Source of the DNA: Candidatus Nanohaloarchaea archaeon
GTDB taxonomy: Archaea; Nanohalarchaeota; Nanosalinia; Nanosalinales; Nanosalinaceae
NCBI GenBank assembly: GCA_014297435.1
Contig: JACOQA010000002.1
Location: 96,001-160,000, forward strand
Length of the DNA stretch: 64,000 bases
Reading direction: 5' to 3'
Every line of letters begins with the position of its first letter. Position 1 is the stretch's first letter. The position numbers and the translations under genes are program-made. The notes beneath the pieces are model-generated. The model was given only the letters and a program-made list of their open reading frames with translations, was not told the DNA's origin and did not search any database. Of this stretch, positions 31,667 through 41,616 are shown piece by piece.

Positions 31667-31883
31667 GTAGGAAGTTTCTCGAGCCGTTTTTAACCATTTA
31701 CGGACTGTTCGCTTTTTTAGAACACTCAGTTTTCACAAGTTAACAATTAATCAATGAGTGAAAACATAAAGTACTTAAAAGGTTTGAATATTCATAGTTT
31801 TTGAATACATAGTTGTTCAATCTATATGAACACTCAGAGAATGATTGTGAGTTTAAAACCGGCATTTTGCTTAAATTTAAACC

Positions 31884-32270
31884 TAAGTTGGGTATAATCC
31901 GGGTCATCCGACTTATCGTGGTGCAATAAATGTGAGGCTCAATACACCATCCGACCATGGATGATTGGATTAGTTGAACCAGAAGCACTAGACCTCCCGC
32001 CAAACTAGAGGGATCTGGCACTAGTCCTTCTGTTGTGTGAGAGTTAGAGCTTTGAACTTCTCAATTTGACCGATAATAGAGCAACCCAAAAACCATTATA
32101 GTCGAGTGTATAGATCGGAGAGGTTCTGTAAGCCAGAAATCCATCTTGAAGCCCGAGAAAAGTATTAACAACATCACAAGGTTACTGCGGCGTTACCATC
32201 GGTTTATTCGGTCTCGATGACGAATAAACGCACCTAGGCATGCTCAAATACGCGGAAGAATTGACTCAGA
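31884..32270 (+). ncRNA. Candidate ~390-nt multi-helix non-coding RNA
   Basis: TTTAAAA at 31852; helices at 31884-31915, 31949-31970, 31980-32032, 32038-32063, 32112-32146 and 32202-32229, with G-U pairs on + strand. Confidence 0.55.
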
Positions 32271-32319
32271 AGCCGATTTGTTTAAATAGGTACGGGTTGA
32301 ACCTTAGATGTGAGTATCC

Positions 32320-32517
32320 ATGGAGTTCTCAATCGCAAAGATGAAAGAAATGATCAAGGAACAAGGGGACAAAAGGGTTTCAAGAGACAGCGCTGAAGAA
32401 ATGAGAGAGATTCTCGAAATGTTCGCAGGCGACGTATCAGAAGAGGCAATAGCAATCGCTGACGAAGACAGCAGAAAGACAGTCAGAGCCGAAGACGTAC
32501 GAAAAGCCCTCAAATAA
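32320..32517 (+). CDS. Archaeal histone-fold protein (second, divergent)
   Basis: KRVSRDSAEEM...SRKTVRAEDV. Confidence 0.9.
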   Translation: MEFSIAKMKEMIKEQGDKRVSRDSAEEMREILEMFAGDVSEEAIAIADEDSRKTVRAEDVRKALK

Positions 32518-32587
32518 CGACCCTTATCTATTTTTTTATTCTCACCAAACACCATGGATTTAAGCTTTGTATCCACCTAAATTCTAT

Positions 32588-33583
32588 ATGAACGCGAAAG
32601 ACGTCGTCGAAAAAATTGTCGAAGAAACCGACCTAAGCAAGGAAGACGTAAAGGAAGAAGTAGAAGCCAAAACAGACGAGTTCGAAGGCCTAGTATCAGA
32701 AGAAGGCGCAGTACACCTAGTCGCAAAGGACAACGGAGTACAGATCGCGGAAGCCGGCGGACAAGCACTAGACATAGAAAACATCGTCCCCGACATGAGA
32801 AAGGTAAACCTCAAAGCCCGAGTAACCAACATAATGGACGCAAACACCTTCGAAAGGGATGACGGCGACGAAGGAAAAGTACAGAACATGGTCTTGGGAG
32901 ACGAAACCGGCACAATAAGAGTAACACTCTGGGACGAACAGACCGAAATAGCTGAAAAGGTTTCTGAAGGCGACGCAATCGGAGTCGAAGGCGCATACAC
33001 CGTAGAAGACGACAGAGGAAACGCCGAACTAAGACTCGGAGACGAAGCACACGTCAAAAAAGTAGACGACGATGAGGTACCCGAAGTCGAGACAGGTGGA
33101 AGCTCCGATACCGAAAAAGTAGATATTAGAGAGATCCAGTCAGAAGGAGCAAGCTACGAGGTCAAAGGAATGATAATGGATGTCTACACCTCAAGCCCTT
33201 TCTACCGTGTAGACCCTGAAACAGGAGACACAGTAAGAGAAAACGACGACGGAGAACTTGTAACAGATGAAGGCAAAGAAGTAGAAGAACCCGACCACAG
33301 ACTCGCACTATCATGCGTAGTAGACGACGGAACCGGAAACACAAGAGTCGTACTGTTCGGCGACCAAGCAAGAAAACTACTGGAAATCGATGAAGAAACA
33401 GAAAGAGATGGAGACCTCAAAGCAGTAGAGAACGCAGCAACAGACGCTGTAGGCAAAGAAGTCAGAATTTCGGGTAGAACACGTTACAACGACTACTTCG
33501 GAACACTTGAACTTATAGGAAACGAGTACGAAGAAATCGAACCAGAAGACGAGATAGAAGAACTTGTAGAAGTTCTAGCATAA
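32588..33583 (+). CDS. rpa: Replication protein A (OB-fold ssDNA binding)
   Basis: GDETGTIRVTLW, DDGTGNTRVVLFG; upstream of radA. Confidence 0.88.
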   Translation: MNAKDVVEKIVEETDLSKEDVKEEVEAKTDEFEGLVSEEGAVHLVAKDNGVQIAEAGGQALDIENIVPDMRKVNLKARVTNIMDANTFERDDGDEGKVQNMVLGDETGTIRVTLWDEQTEIAEKVSEGDAIGVEGAYTVEDDRGNAELRLGDEAHVKKVDDDEVPEVETGGSSDTEKVDIREIQSEGASYEVKGMIMDVYTSSPFYRVDPETGDTVRENDDGELVTDEGKEVEEPDHRLALSCVVDDGTGNTRVVLFGDQARKLLEIDEETERDGDLKAVENAATDAVGKEVRISGRTRYNDYFGTLELIGNEYEEIEPEDEIEELVEVLA

Positions 33584-33599
33584 ACTTGGTGAACCATTA

Positions 33600-34547
33600 A
33601 TGTCTGAAGACGATATAGAACTTGAAGATCTAAACGGAGTTGGAGCAAAGACAGCGGAAAAGCTTAGAGAAGCAGGATACGACGATCTGATGTCGATCGC
33701 GACCATGAGCGCTGGAGACCTCGGCGAAGTCGCAGACCTAGGAGAGAAAAAGTCTCAGAAGATTATCACTGGCGCACGTCAGGAGCTCGATATCGGATTC
33801 GAGTCCGGTAAAGACCGTTACGATCAGAAAAAGGAGATGAAGAAAATCTCCGCCGGCGCAAGCAACCTAGACGACCTACTTGGAGGTGGCGTCGACACAC
33901 AGTCCATAACCGAATTCTACGGAGAGTACGGAAGCGGTAAGACACAGATCGGACACCAGCTATCCGTAAACGTTCAGAAACCTGAAGGAGAAGGCGGACT
34001 TGACAGAGACGTCATCTACATCGACACAGAGGACACTTTCGTCCCTCAGAGAATCGAGGACATGGCAGAAGACCAGGGAATGGACGTAGAGGAAACACTT
34101 GACCGGATCCACGTTGCCAGAGCATTTAACTCAGACCATCAGATGCTTCTAGCCGATGAGGCACAGGATATCTGCCAGAGCGAGGACATCGGACTAATTG
34201 TTGTCGACTCCTTAACAGCGCAGTTCCGTGCAGAGTACGTTGGAAGAGGAGAGCTCGCACAGCGACAGCAAAAACTCAACAGGCACATGGCCACACTACT
34301 GAGACTCGCAAACAGCCATAACGCAGCGGTAGTTGTCACGAACCAGGTTATGTCGAACCCAGACCAGATGTTTGGCGATCCTACGAAAGCTATTGGAGGA
34401 CACATCGTCGCACACAACTCCGCAACAAGACTTTACCTCAGAAAAGGCAAGAAAGGTAAAAGAGTTGCAAAACTGGTTGACTCACCTTACATGCCTGAAG
34501 GAGAAGCTGTTTACAACATCGAGGACGGCGGAATTAAGGACGCTTAA
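33600..34547 (+). CDS. radA: DNA repair and recombination protein RadA
   Basis: HhH N-terminus, GEYGSGKTQ, VDSL, RGELAQRQ. Confidence 0.96.
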   Translation: MSEDDIELEDLNGVGAKTAEKLREAGYDDLMSIATMSAGDLGEVADLGEKKSQKIITGARQELDIGFESGKDRYDQKKEMKKISAGASNLDDLLGGGVDTQSITEFYGEYGSGKTQIGHQLSVNVQKPEGEGGLDRDVIYIDTEDTFVPQRIEDMAEDQGMDVEETLDRIHVARAFNSDHQMLLADEAQDICQSEDIGLIVVDSLTAQFRAEYVGRGELAQRQQKLNRHMATLLRLANSHNAAVVVTNQVMSNPDQMFGDPTKAIGGHIVAHNSATRLYLRKGKKGKRVAKLVDSPYMPEGEAVYNIEDGGIKDA

Positions 34548-35146
34548 TCGGTTAAAGCGTAGAAAGCCGAGTTGTAAACCTCTCTTACTTTCTCCTCTAA
34601 TTTATGTTCTTCAACACGGAGCTCTGTCAGAAACTCTCCACCTATATTTGAAGAGATCTCATAACCCTCGCCATCTTCTCTAACTTCTATACGTCCGGAT
34701 TTATCGGCGTAGTCTAAGTCAAGCCATGAACGGGAATCCCGTCTGTTGATACTTGACCTTTCAACATGCTCGTAACCTACTAAATCCCTGAAAAATTCGT
34801 AAACCTCATCAAGACCTTTTTGGTCGTCGAGAATATTCTCCTCTTCAACAGTCTCTTCGTTGATAAAGCCTTCCGGACCTTTCTCTTCAAATTCAGTATT
34901 GAATTCCTCGAACTCTTCATAAAGCCGTTGAGTTTCTTCAAAACCTCCTGTCGTCAAGAAAGACTCTATTCTGTGAACATCTATTTTTCTGAGATCTTCT
35001 ATCTCGTTGCTTATCTCTCTAGGCGACTTTTCTTCAATAAAGTACTTTTCAAACACGTTAACAACAGGTATAGGCTCCGAACTTAGATCTTCTGCCGCGT
35101 AGTAAGGCTCTCCTCGTATCCGCTCTATAAACTGAAATTCGCCCAC
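34544..35146 (-). CDS. Hypothetical protein with DUF433-like N-terminus
   Basis: IRGEP...IPVVNV...SPREI...L pattern. Confidence 0.55.
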   Translation of the reverse strand: MGEFQFIERIRGEPYYAAEDLSSEPIPVVNVFEKYFIEEKSPREISNEIEDLRKIDVHRIESFLTTGGFEETQRLYEEFEEFNTEFEEKGPEGFINEETVEEENILDDQKGLDEVYEFFRDLVGYEHVERSSINRRDSRSWLDLDYADKSGRIEVREDGEGYEISSNIGGEFLTELRVEEHKLEEKVREVYNSAFYALTD

Positions 35147-35210
35147 ACAGAAGATCTAATGACTAAAATTATTTAAGAAAATCGGCCGTGAGGCCTAGCA
35201 GCTGTTAGAC

Positions 35211-35471
35211 TTAGATGATATCGTCTTCGGAAACGATAACGAAATCTCCGATTGATCTTACTGCAGAGAAGGGAACAATATTTCTTCCTTTCCTGTCTTC
35301 TTGGAGCTTGACCTCATCAATATGCTCCGTAGTATTTGTTATGAGCAGGTTCATCAGTTCTCCGGTATCAGCGACGAACGAGATGTCTTCTACCTCTCCA
35401 AATCTTTTTCCTTGCTCTTCCGAGACAATTGTCTTTCCTACAAGCTGCTTTCCACGTGGCTTATCCGACAT
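35211..35471 (-). CDS. PRC-barrel domain protein
   Basis: LVGKTIVSEEQGKRFGEVED...VPFSAVRSIGDFVIV. Confidence 0.85.
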   Translation of the reverse strand: MSDKPRGKQLVGKTIVSEEQGKRFGEVEDISFVADTGELMNLLITNTTEHIDEVKLQEDRKGRNIVPFSAVRSIGDFVIVSEDDII

Positions 35472-35523
35472 ATTTTTTGCACCGTATAATAAGTTTATCA
35501 GCACCGGAAAGTTAAAAGTTTAC

Positions 35524-36060
35524 ATGGCTCGGGTGTTCACGGCTTTCGACATCGAGGACGAAAAAATCCTCGAAGAGCTTAGGGATATCCGAGATCGTTT
35601 TGACCTAGGTTTCAAACCCGTACCCTGTGAAAAGATGCATCTTACGTTCGAGTTCTTCAAGGATGTAGACGAAGATGGGATAGAGAAGCTCAAGAGATGT
35701 CTAGACGATGTTGAAGTCGGAAGCTTTCATTCAAGACTGAAAGGCGTGGGGGCTTTCCCCTCTCAGGAGCACACCCGGGTGGTCTGGGCTGGCGTTGAGA
35801 ACGGAAAGTTCCATAATTTATACCGCCGAGTGTCCTCTCACGGAGTTGAGTCTGACAACGGTTACGACTTCGTTCCGCACGTAACCCTTCTTAGGGTTGA
35901 AGATGTTAGTGGCGAGAGAAAGAGAAAGTTACGTAGAATGTTAAGAGAGTTCGAAGACCATGACTTTGGGGGTATAAAGGTCGATAAACTCAAGCTTTTC
36001 CGTTCGGATCTAAAACCTGAAGGATCCGAATACTCTGAATTATACGTGAAGAATCTTTGA
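35524..36060 (+). CDS. thpR: RNA 2',3'-cyclic phosphodiesterase (2H family)
   Basis: Two HxT motifs (HLT, HVT), GAFP, RVVWAG; start MARVFTA. Confidence 0.88.
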   Translation: MARVFTAFDIEDEKILEELRDIRDRFDLGFKPVPCEKMHLTFEFFKDVDEDGIEKLKRCLDDVEVGSFHSRLKGVGAFPSQEHTRVVWAGVENGKFHNLYRRVSSHGVESDNGYDFVPHVTLLRVEDVSGERKRKLRRMLREFEDHDFGGIKVDKLKLFRSDLKPEGSEYSELYVKNL

Positions 36061-36398
36061 AGTTTAAGCTATACGCTCTATCCGTCCTCTTATCGGTTAT
36101 AGGTCTAGGCATTATGTACGCTTCCTCTATCTATGTTGAACCGCCTGAGGTTAAAGTTGGATCTATCGATGCATCATGGAACGGAAAGCCGGTTAAGATC
36201 AAGGGTACAGTCCGAGGTCATACTAACGTTTCAAACAATATCTTCATCGATCTCAAAGATCCGACAGGTGAGATAACGGTTCTGAGCTTTGATTCGAAAA
36301 CTCGACTATCGAAAGGCGATCGTATTCAGGTTCAAGGTAACGTTGAACTTTATCGTGGAAAGGTCGAGGTTATCGCCAACAACATCACCAGAATATAG
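36057..36398 (+). CDS. OB-fold protein with N-terminal TM
   Basis: DPTGEI, VQGNVELYRGKVEV. Confidence 0.75.
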   Translation: MKFKLYALSVLLSVIGLGIMYASSIYVEPPEVKVGSIDASWNGKPVKIKGTVRGHTNVSNNIFIDLKDPTGEITVLSFDSKTRLSKGDRIQVQGNVELYRGKVEVIANNITRI

Positions 36399-36419
36399 AA
36401 AATCATAACCTCGCCATTT

Positions 36420-36716
36420 ACGATCAATTTACTATCTTTCAGAACGATACGAACTATGATATAGTGTAATAATTATAGTAGAGTAACTATCTCGATTTTA
36501 TCGTGTGCTTCATCGCCGACTATACTAAAACCATACTATTATACTAAAGCCCCTATTTGACGATCATCGTCAACTATGCAGGAACTATACTATTATGATC
36601 CACTAACTATCTGACGTTAAAGTAACGATCAACGTGAACTATACCAGATCATAATCATTATTATCTACTATCTATCTACGATGATCACGAACTATTCTAA
36701 GCTATAATCATTATAC
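36420..36716. repeat. Degenerate phased ACTAT/ACGAT array between convergent genes
   Basis: 12 ACTAT on + strand and 5 ACGAT in about 300 bp. Confidence 0.7.
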
Positions 36717-36745
36717 TGAAGAACAAGAAATTTGGAGGAGAAGAA

Positions 36746-38242
36746 CTAGTTTTCTAGCTCAAGATTATAGATCTCTCCATACTTTCCACGAATATAATTC
36801 AGGAAGGGCTCAGAATTAATTGGCTCATTAGTAACTTTCTCTATAAGCTCCTCGGTTTTAAGCAATCTGCCCTTGGAATGGATGTGAGTTTTAAGCCAAT
36901 CCCTCAAGTCTTCAAACTCTCCGGATTCAATCTTTTTCTCCAAGCCCTCGACCTCTTCTTCTGCTTCACGGTATATCTGGGTGGCTAAAACACTTCCTAG
37001 GCTGTAGGTCGGGAAATAACCAAAGTTGCCCCATGCCCAGTGAATGTCCTGCATAACGCCCTCAGAATCTGTCTCAGGCTCCAAACCAAGGTATTTCTCC
37101 ATACGCTTGTTCCATTCTTCTGGAAGATCCTCCACCTCTATCTCTCCATTCATTAAGGCTCTTCCAATCTCGAACCTCAACACTATGTGAAGATGGTATG
37201 TAAGTTCATCCGCTTTCACACGGATCATATTATCCTCGTATACCTGATTGATCGACTCATAACAGTCCTGAATCGAGATCTCCTCGAACTTTTCCGGAAA
37301 CCTTTCCTCAAGCTTCGGAAGCATAAATTTCCAGAACTCCTTCGACCTACCAACCTGATTTTCCCAAAGTCTCGACTGAGACTCGTGTACAGAAAGCTCT
37401 CTAGCCCCTCCTCTAGGAGTGGCGTAATCTCCCTCCGGAAGACCTAACTGGTACAGTGCATGACCCAACTCGTGTATTGTAGGCATAAGCGAACCCGAAA
37501 GATCTCCTTGCTCAATACGAGTAGTTATACGTGTATCAAAGGTGTTTCCCGAAGTGAAAGGATGTTCGGAGCAGTCAAGTCGACCGTTTTTCTTGTCAAA
37601 ACCAAGAAGCTCCGCCAACTCATGATTGAGCTCCATCTCTTCTTCGTCCTCGAAGTCTCCCTTGAATGCATTTTGCTCTATATCTTCAGCTTCAGATATT
37701 TTCTCAACAATAGGTACAAGACCTTTCTTCAAGTTCTTTAGAACTTTCTCCATTGTTTCGTAGCCTATATACGGCTCATAATCCTTGAACAATACCTTGT
37801 AGGGCTCTTCATCTGGATTAATCTGGTTAGCATAGCGACGCTTTAATTCAACTAGTTCTCTAAGTTCTTCAGCAAAAAGCTCATAATTATCCTCTTTCTT
37901 TGCTTTCTTCCAGGCATTTACAGCCTCTGACTCTTTCTGAGACATCTTCTCCATCAAATCTGCAGAAACACTCTTCATTCTTTCACGTTCACGTTCAATC
38001 TCACGAACATTAGCCTTCTGGCTTTTATCTAGATCGCGCCTATCTATTGATTCCAAAAGCTCTCCAAGTCGTTCCGAAACAAGTTTCTCATGCCTTAGTT
38101 TCGTCAAAACACTCTTCTGCTTTGATCGAGCTTCTAAACCTTTTTCAGGCATCATTACTTCTTCATCCCAGCCCAGAACGCCTACGGCTTCCTCAAGATT
38201 TCCTAGAACCTTTACCTCTTTTTCGAACTCTTCGTAGCTCAT
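36746..38242 (-). CDS. Carboxypeptidase M32 (Taq-like)
   Basis: HPF, DTRIT, HELGH, HESQS, QDIHW, GYFPTY. Confidence 0.94.
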   Translation of the reverse strand: MSYEEFEKEVKVLGNLEEAVGVLGWDEEVMMPEKGLEARSKQKSVLTKLRHEKLVSERLGELLESIDRRDLDKSQKANVREIERERERMKSVSADLMEKMSQKESEAVNAWKKAKKEDNYELFAEELRELVELKRRYANQINPDEEPYKVLFKDYEPYIGYETMEKVLKNLKKGLVPIVEKISEAEDIEQNAFKGDFEDEEEMELNHELAELLGFDKKNGRLDCSEHPFTSGNTFDTRITTRIEQGDLSGSLMPTIHELGHALYQLGLPEGDYATPRGGARELSVHESQSRLWENQVGRSKEFWKFMLPKLEERFPEKFEEISIQDCYESINQVYEDNMIRVKADELTYHLHIVLRFEIGRALMNGEIEVEDLPEEWNKRMEKYLGLEPETDSEGVMQDIHWAWGNFGYFPTYSLGSVLATQIYREAEEEVEGLEKKIESGEFEDLRDWLKTHIHSKGRLLKTEELIEKVTNEPINSEPFLNYIRGKYGEIYNLELEN

Positions 38243-38303
38243 AACGCACTTTTTGCTCGGACAAGATAAAAAACATTCACGCTCTAAAACTTCTATAGAA
38301 CAG

Positions 38304-39425
38304 ATGAAGACCTCAGAAGACCCCCGGCTAAAGAAATACGCAGAAACACTAGTTGAAAGATCAGCAGAGGTTGAGAAAGGAGACGACGTCTACATTCTCG
38401 TCAAATCACTTGAGGCCTTACCGCTTTTCGAAGAGGTCAGACGCCAGGTGATAGATAAAGGCGGTTTCCCGCACGAGAAAATTCTTTACGATACGCAGTC
38501 CGGCGAAAACAACGATTACTACTGGATGAAGAACGCCTCGGAGGAACAGCTGGAGAGAACTTCGGAAGCAGAACTTGAGTTCATGGAAAAAATGGACTCC
38601 TTTATCAAGATCAAAGGACTGGAGAACAATCGTTCTTTGAGCGATATCGACCCCCAGAGAATATCTACCTGGGGAGAAACTACCGACAAGATAAAAGAAG
38701 CAAGAATAGATACCAAGTGGGCTCTATGTGCCTTCCCAACAAACGCCTTGGCTCAACAGTCGGAAATGGCAACAGAAGAATTTGAAGAATTCATCTTCAA
38801 AGCAGTAAACAACACCGACTGGAAAGAACTAGAGAGGAAGAACGAAGAGATAAAACAGATGTTTGATAAAGCCCAGAAAGTACGCATAAAGGATGAAAAC
38901 ACAGATCTAAGCTTCAGTATCGAAGATCGTGAAGGAGTTAGCTCTATAGGTCGGAGAAATATTCCGGACGGCGAAGTATTCTACGCTCCAAGAAAAGACA
39001 GCTTTGATGGGAAAATAAGTTTCGAACACCCTGTAAACGCTAGAGGGAAAGAAGTTTCAGGCATCGAGCTGACGTTCGAGGACGGCGAACTCGTAGAATA
39101 CACAGCGGATACGAACCAAGAATTCCTAGAAAAAATGATTGAAACTGACGAAGGATCAAAATACGTGGGCGAGTTCGGTATCGGCACCAACAGAAATATT
39201 GACCGCTACATCAAGTACACCTTGTTTGATGAAAAGATCGGCGGAACTGTTCACTTCGCGCTCGGTCGAGCTTACAAGATGAATTTCTCCGAGGAAAACA
39301 TGGCTGAACGTAACGAGTCCAGCATCCATTGGGACATTGTCAAAGACCTTAGAAAAAGAGTTGGCGGCGGCAAGATAATACTTGACGGAGAAGTTGTCCA
39401 GAAAAATGGAGAATGGGTTTACTGA
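38304..39425 (+). CDS. Aminopeptidase M29 family
   Basis: NIPDGEVF, GEFGIG, FDEKIGGTVHFALG, SIHWD. Confidence 0.92.
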   Translation: MKTSEDPRLKKYAETLVERSAEVEKGDDVYILVKSLEALPLFEEVRRQVIDKGGFPHEKILYDTQSGENNDYYWMKNASEEQLERTSEAELEFMEKMDSFIKIKGLENNRSLSDIDPQRISTWGETTDKIKEARIDTKWALCAFPTNALAQQSEMATEEFEEFIFKAVNNTDWKELERKNEEIKQMFDKAQKVRIKDENTDLSFSIEDREGVSSIGRRNIPDGEVFYAPRKDSFDGKISFEHPVNARGKEVSGIELTFEDGELVEYTADTNQEFLEKMIETDEGSKYVGEFGIGTNRNIDRYIKYTLFDEKIGGTVHFALGRAYKMNFSEENMAERNESSIHWDIVKDLRKRVGGGKIILDGEVVQKNGEWVY

Positions 39426-41203
39426 ACCAGTTCCTCCATCTGATCCAACCTTTTCTCATACCTGTCCATAGCCTTCTCAAAAGGCTCTTTCGTTGTTAGA
39501 TCCACTCCTGAACCTTTAAGCAGCTCTACCGGATAATCTGAAGACCCTGATCCAAGCATCTCTAGATAGTCTTCGACAGCGCCTTCTTCACCGTTCATAA
39601 TTCTTGAGACTATGTCCAGTGCGGAGCTGATGCCTGTTGAGTACTGAAAGACGTAGAAATTGTAGTAGAAGTGCGGTATCCTCATCCATTCCCTCTTAAT
39701 TCTTTCGTCTATCCCGACATTTGAGTAGTACTTGGATTTAAGCTCTCCGTATACTTCGTTAAGCTCCTCAGCGGTAAGTGCTTCGCCGTTTTCGACTTTC
39801 TCATGTATCTCTTGCTCAAACTCAGCGAACATAGTCTGCCTGAAGAACGTGCTTCGAAAGTTCTCCAAGAAATGGCTTAAGACATGTTTACGGAACTCTT
39901 CATCCTCAACATTATTCAAAAGATGTCTCGCCAGCAAGGCTTCATTAACCGTTGATGCGACCTCCGCAACAAAGATTTCGTAGCCGCTGTAAATGTATGG
40001 CTGGCTTTCCTTCGCAAGTTTTGAGTGCATCGAGTGTCCAAGCTCGTGTGCAAGCGTAAACATCGAAGAAACATCGTTCTGATAGTTCAAAAGAATGAAA
40101 GGTTTCGTATCGTATGCGCCTCCCGAATAAGCTCCAGAACGTTTGCCTTTGTTCTCGTAGACATCGATCCAGCCCGATTCTAGACCTTCGCGTAGTTTCT
40201 CTTGATATTCTTCACCTAGAGGTTTCACCGCCTCAATTACGTGCTCTTTTGCGTCCTCGTATTCAATTTCAGGGGATTCAGATTCTGCAAGAGGCATGTA
40301 GATGTCATGCATCTTCATCTCGTCTACCTCCAAAACCTTCTTCTTAAGTTCCGCATGTCTTTGAACAAGATCTGCGTTCTGGCTCGCAACATCCACAAGA
40401 TTATCATAAACCTCTATAGGAATGTTAGAGTCGTTCAAGGATCTTTCTCTGGCAGAATCATAGTTCCTGTTCTCCGCCAGTTTGACATCCTTCTTTACCT
40501 GTGTCTCCATAGTGGTTGAAATAGTGTTCCTAAACTCGTGAAGCCTGTCGTAAACTCTTTTGTAAACTTTTCTTCTTTTCTCTCTGTCTTTATCCTGTAA
40601 GAGCGTGGTAAAGTTCGATTTAGTGATTTCTATGCTTTCGTCTCCGTGCTCGATTTGTCCAAACTCGATATCCGCATTTGTCAGAATCGAATAGGTGTTT
40701 GAAGATCCGGAAAGAACGTCCCCAAGACTTGAAAGAACGTTTTCAACTTCCTTCGAACGTGTATGCTTTTCTCTCCTGAGAATGTCATCAAAGTACTGTT
40801 CGTACTTTGCAAGCTGTTTTTCCTCCCCCATGAAGTTCTCGATTTTTTCTCTGCCTGCCTCCTGGATCTCGGGAACCACGAAGCTTGTTGCGCTGGAAAA
40901 TCTTGTTCCCAGGCTTGAAGCTCTTGATTTGAGCGCCTGGAAATCCTGAACACGAGTATCCTCGTCGTACTTCATTCTGGCGTAACGGGAAAGTTTTTCT
41001 AACCGCCTGTTTGCATCCTCTCTCAGCTCCAAAAATTCGATAAGACTCTCTGGAGAGTTACAGATTTCTCCCTCAAACTCATTCAGTTTGATTATGTCTT
41101 CTTTTACTTTCTCGAAGTCTTTCTCCCATTCTTCAGTGTTATTGTAGATGGATTCGACATCCCACTTGTATTTTCCATCAACCTCGTTTCTTTCCCGAAC
41201 CAT
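39419..41203 (-). CDS. pepF: Oligoendopeptidase F (M3B)
   Basis: KRSGAYS, LAHELGHSMH, AEVAST, RIPHFY. Confidence 0.94.
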   Translation of the reverse strand: MVRERNEVDGKYKWDVESIYNNTEEWEKDFEKVKEDIIKLNEFEGEICNSPESLIEFLELREDANRRLEKLSRYARMKYDEDTRVQDFQALKSRASSLGTRFSSATSFVVPEIQEAGREKIENFMGEEKQLAKYEQYFDDILRREKHTRSKEVENVLSSLGDVLSGSSNTYSILTNADIEFGQIEHGDESIEITKSNFTTLLQDKDREKRRKVYKRVYDRLHEFRNTISTTMETQVKKDVKLAENRNYDSARERSLNDSNIPIEVYDNLVDVASQNADLVQRHAELKKKVLEVDEMKMHDIYMPLAESESPEIEYEDAKEHVIEAVKPLGEEYQEKLREGLESGWIDVYENKGKRSGAYSGGAYDTKPFILLNYQNDVSSMFTLAHELGHSMHSKLAKESQPYIYSGYEIFVAEVASTVNEALLARHLLNNVEDEEFRKHVLSHFLENFRSTFFRQTMFAEFEQEIHEKVENGEALTAEELNEVYGELKSKYYSNVGIDERIKREWMRIPHFYYNFYVFQYSTGISSALDIVSRIMNGEEGAVEDYLEMLGSGSSDYPVELLKGSGVDLTTKEPFEKAMDRYEKRLDQMEELVQ

Positions 41204-41232
41204 GTTTGAAAGTTGTCTGACAAACTTAAAAC

Positions 41233-41616
41233 ATGCTCCGATACCTTGTATTGCTCTTCATGCTACCCTTCATAGATCTTTACGTTCTCGTGGAGCTAAC
41301 CGGTCATATAGGCATATTGAACACTTTGCTGGTTATCCTGGCAACCGGGATTATAGGAGCAGAGGTGGTCCGGAGGGAAGGGCTGAAGGTTGTTAGAAAA
41401 ATGAGCTCTTCGGTTACTGCCGAAGAAGTTTCACGCAACATGTTGGAAGGTGCCTTACTTGCAATAGGCGGACTAATGCTTATCACTCCTGGACTTATAA
41501 CCGATTTGCTTGGTCTGGTGCTTGTTTTCGGTCCAACCCGACAAAGAATAATGCTTAAAATTGTAGGAAGGTTCAAAAATAGTTCAAACGTGCGCTTTGA
41601 GGTAGAGACCTTCTAA
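41233..41616 (+). CDS. fxsA: FxsA family membrane protein
   Basis: GGLMLITPGLITDLLG. Confidence 0.85.
   Translation: MLRYLVLLFMLPFIDLYVLVELTGHIGILNTLLVILATGIIGAEVVRREGLKVVRKMSSSVTAEEVSRNMLEGALLAIGGLMLITPGLITDLLGLVLVFGPTRQRIMLKIVGRFKNSSNVRFEVETF

Larger units (their letters stand above)
29505..31832. repeat. Seven palindromic TGTTC-N9-GAACA-type sites
   Basis: Starts at 29505, 29530, 29607, 30092 (TGTTA variant), 31706, 31789 (TATTC/GAATA variant) and 31814; spacer is always 9 nt. Confidence 0.8.

Noticed and set aside
31970-32110. HEARO/IscB omega-RNA similarity (GTTGAACCAG, TAGTCGAG)
   Set aside because: Only short motif echoes, and no IscB, TnpB or transposase nearby
35215-35523. N-terminal extension of ThpR
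   Set aside because: Antisense to the PRC-barrel gene; the real start is 35524
36400-36745. CRISPR array or CDS
   Set aside because: No 24-40 bp direct repeats with spacers, no cas genes and no open frame
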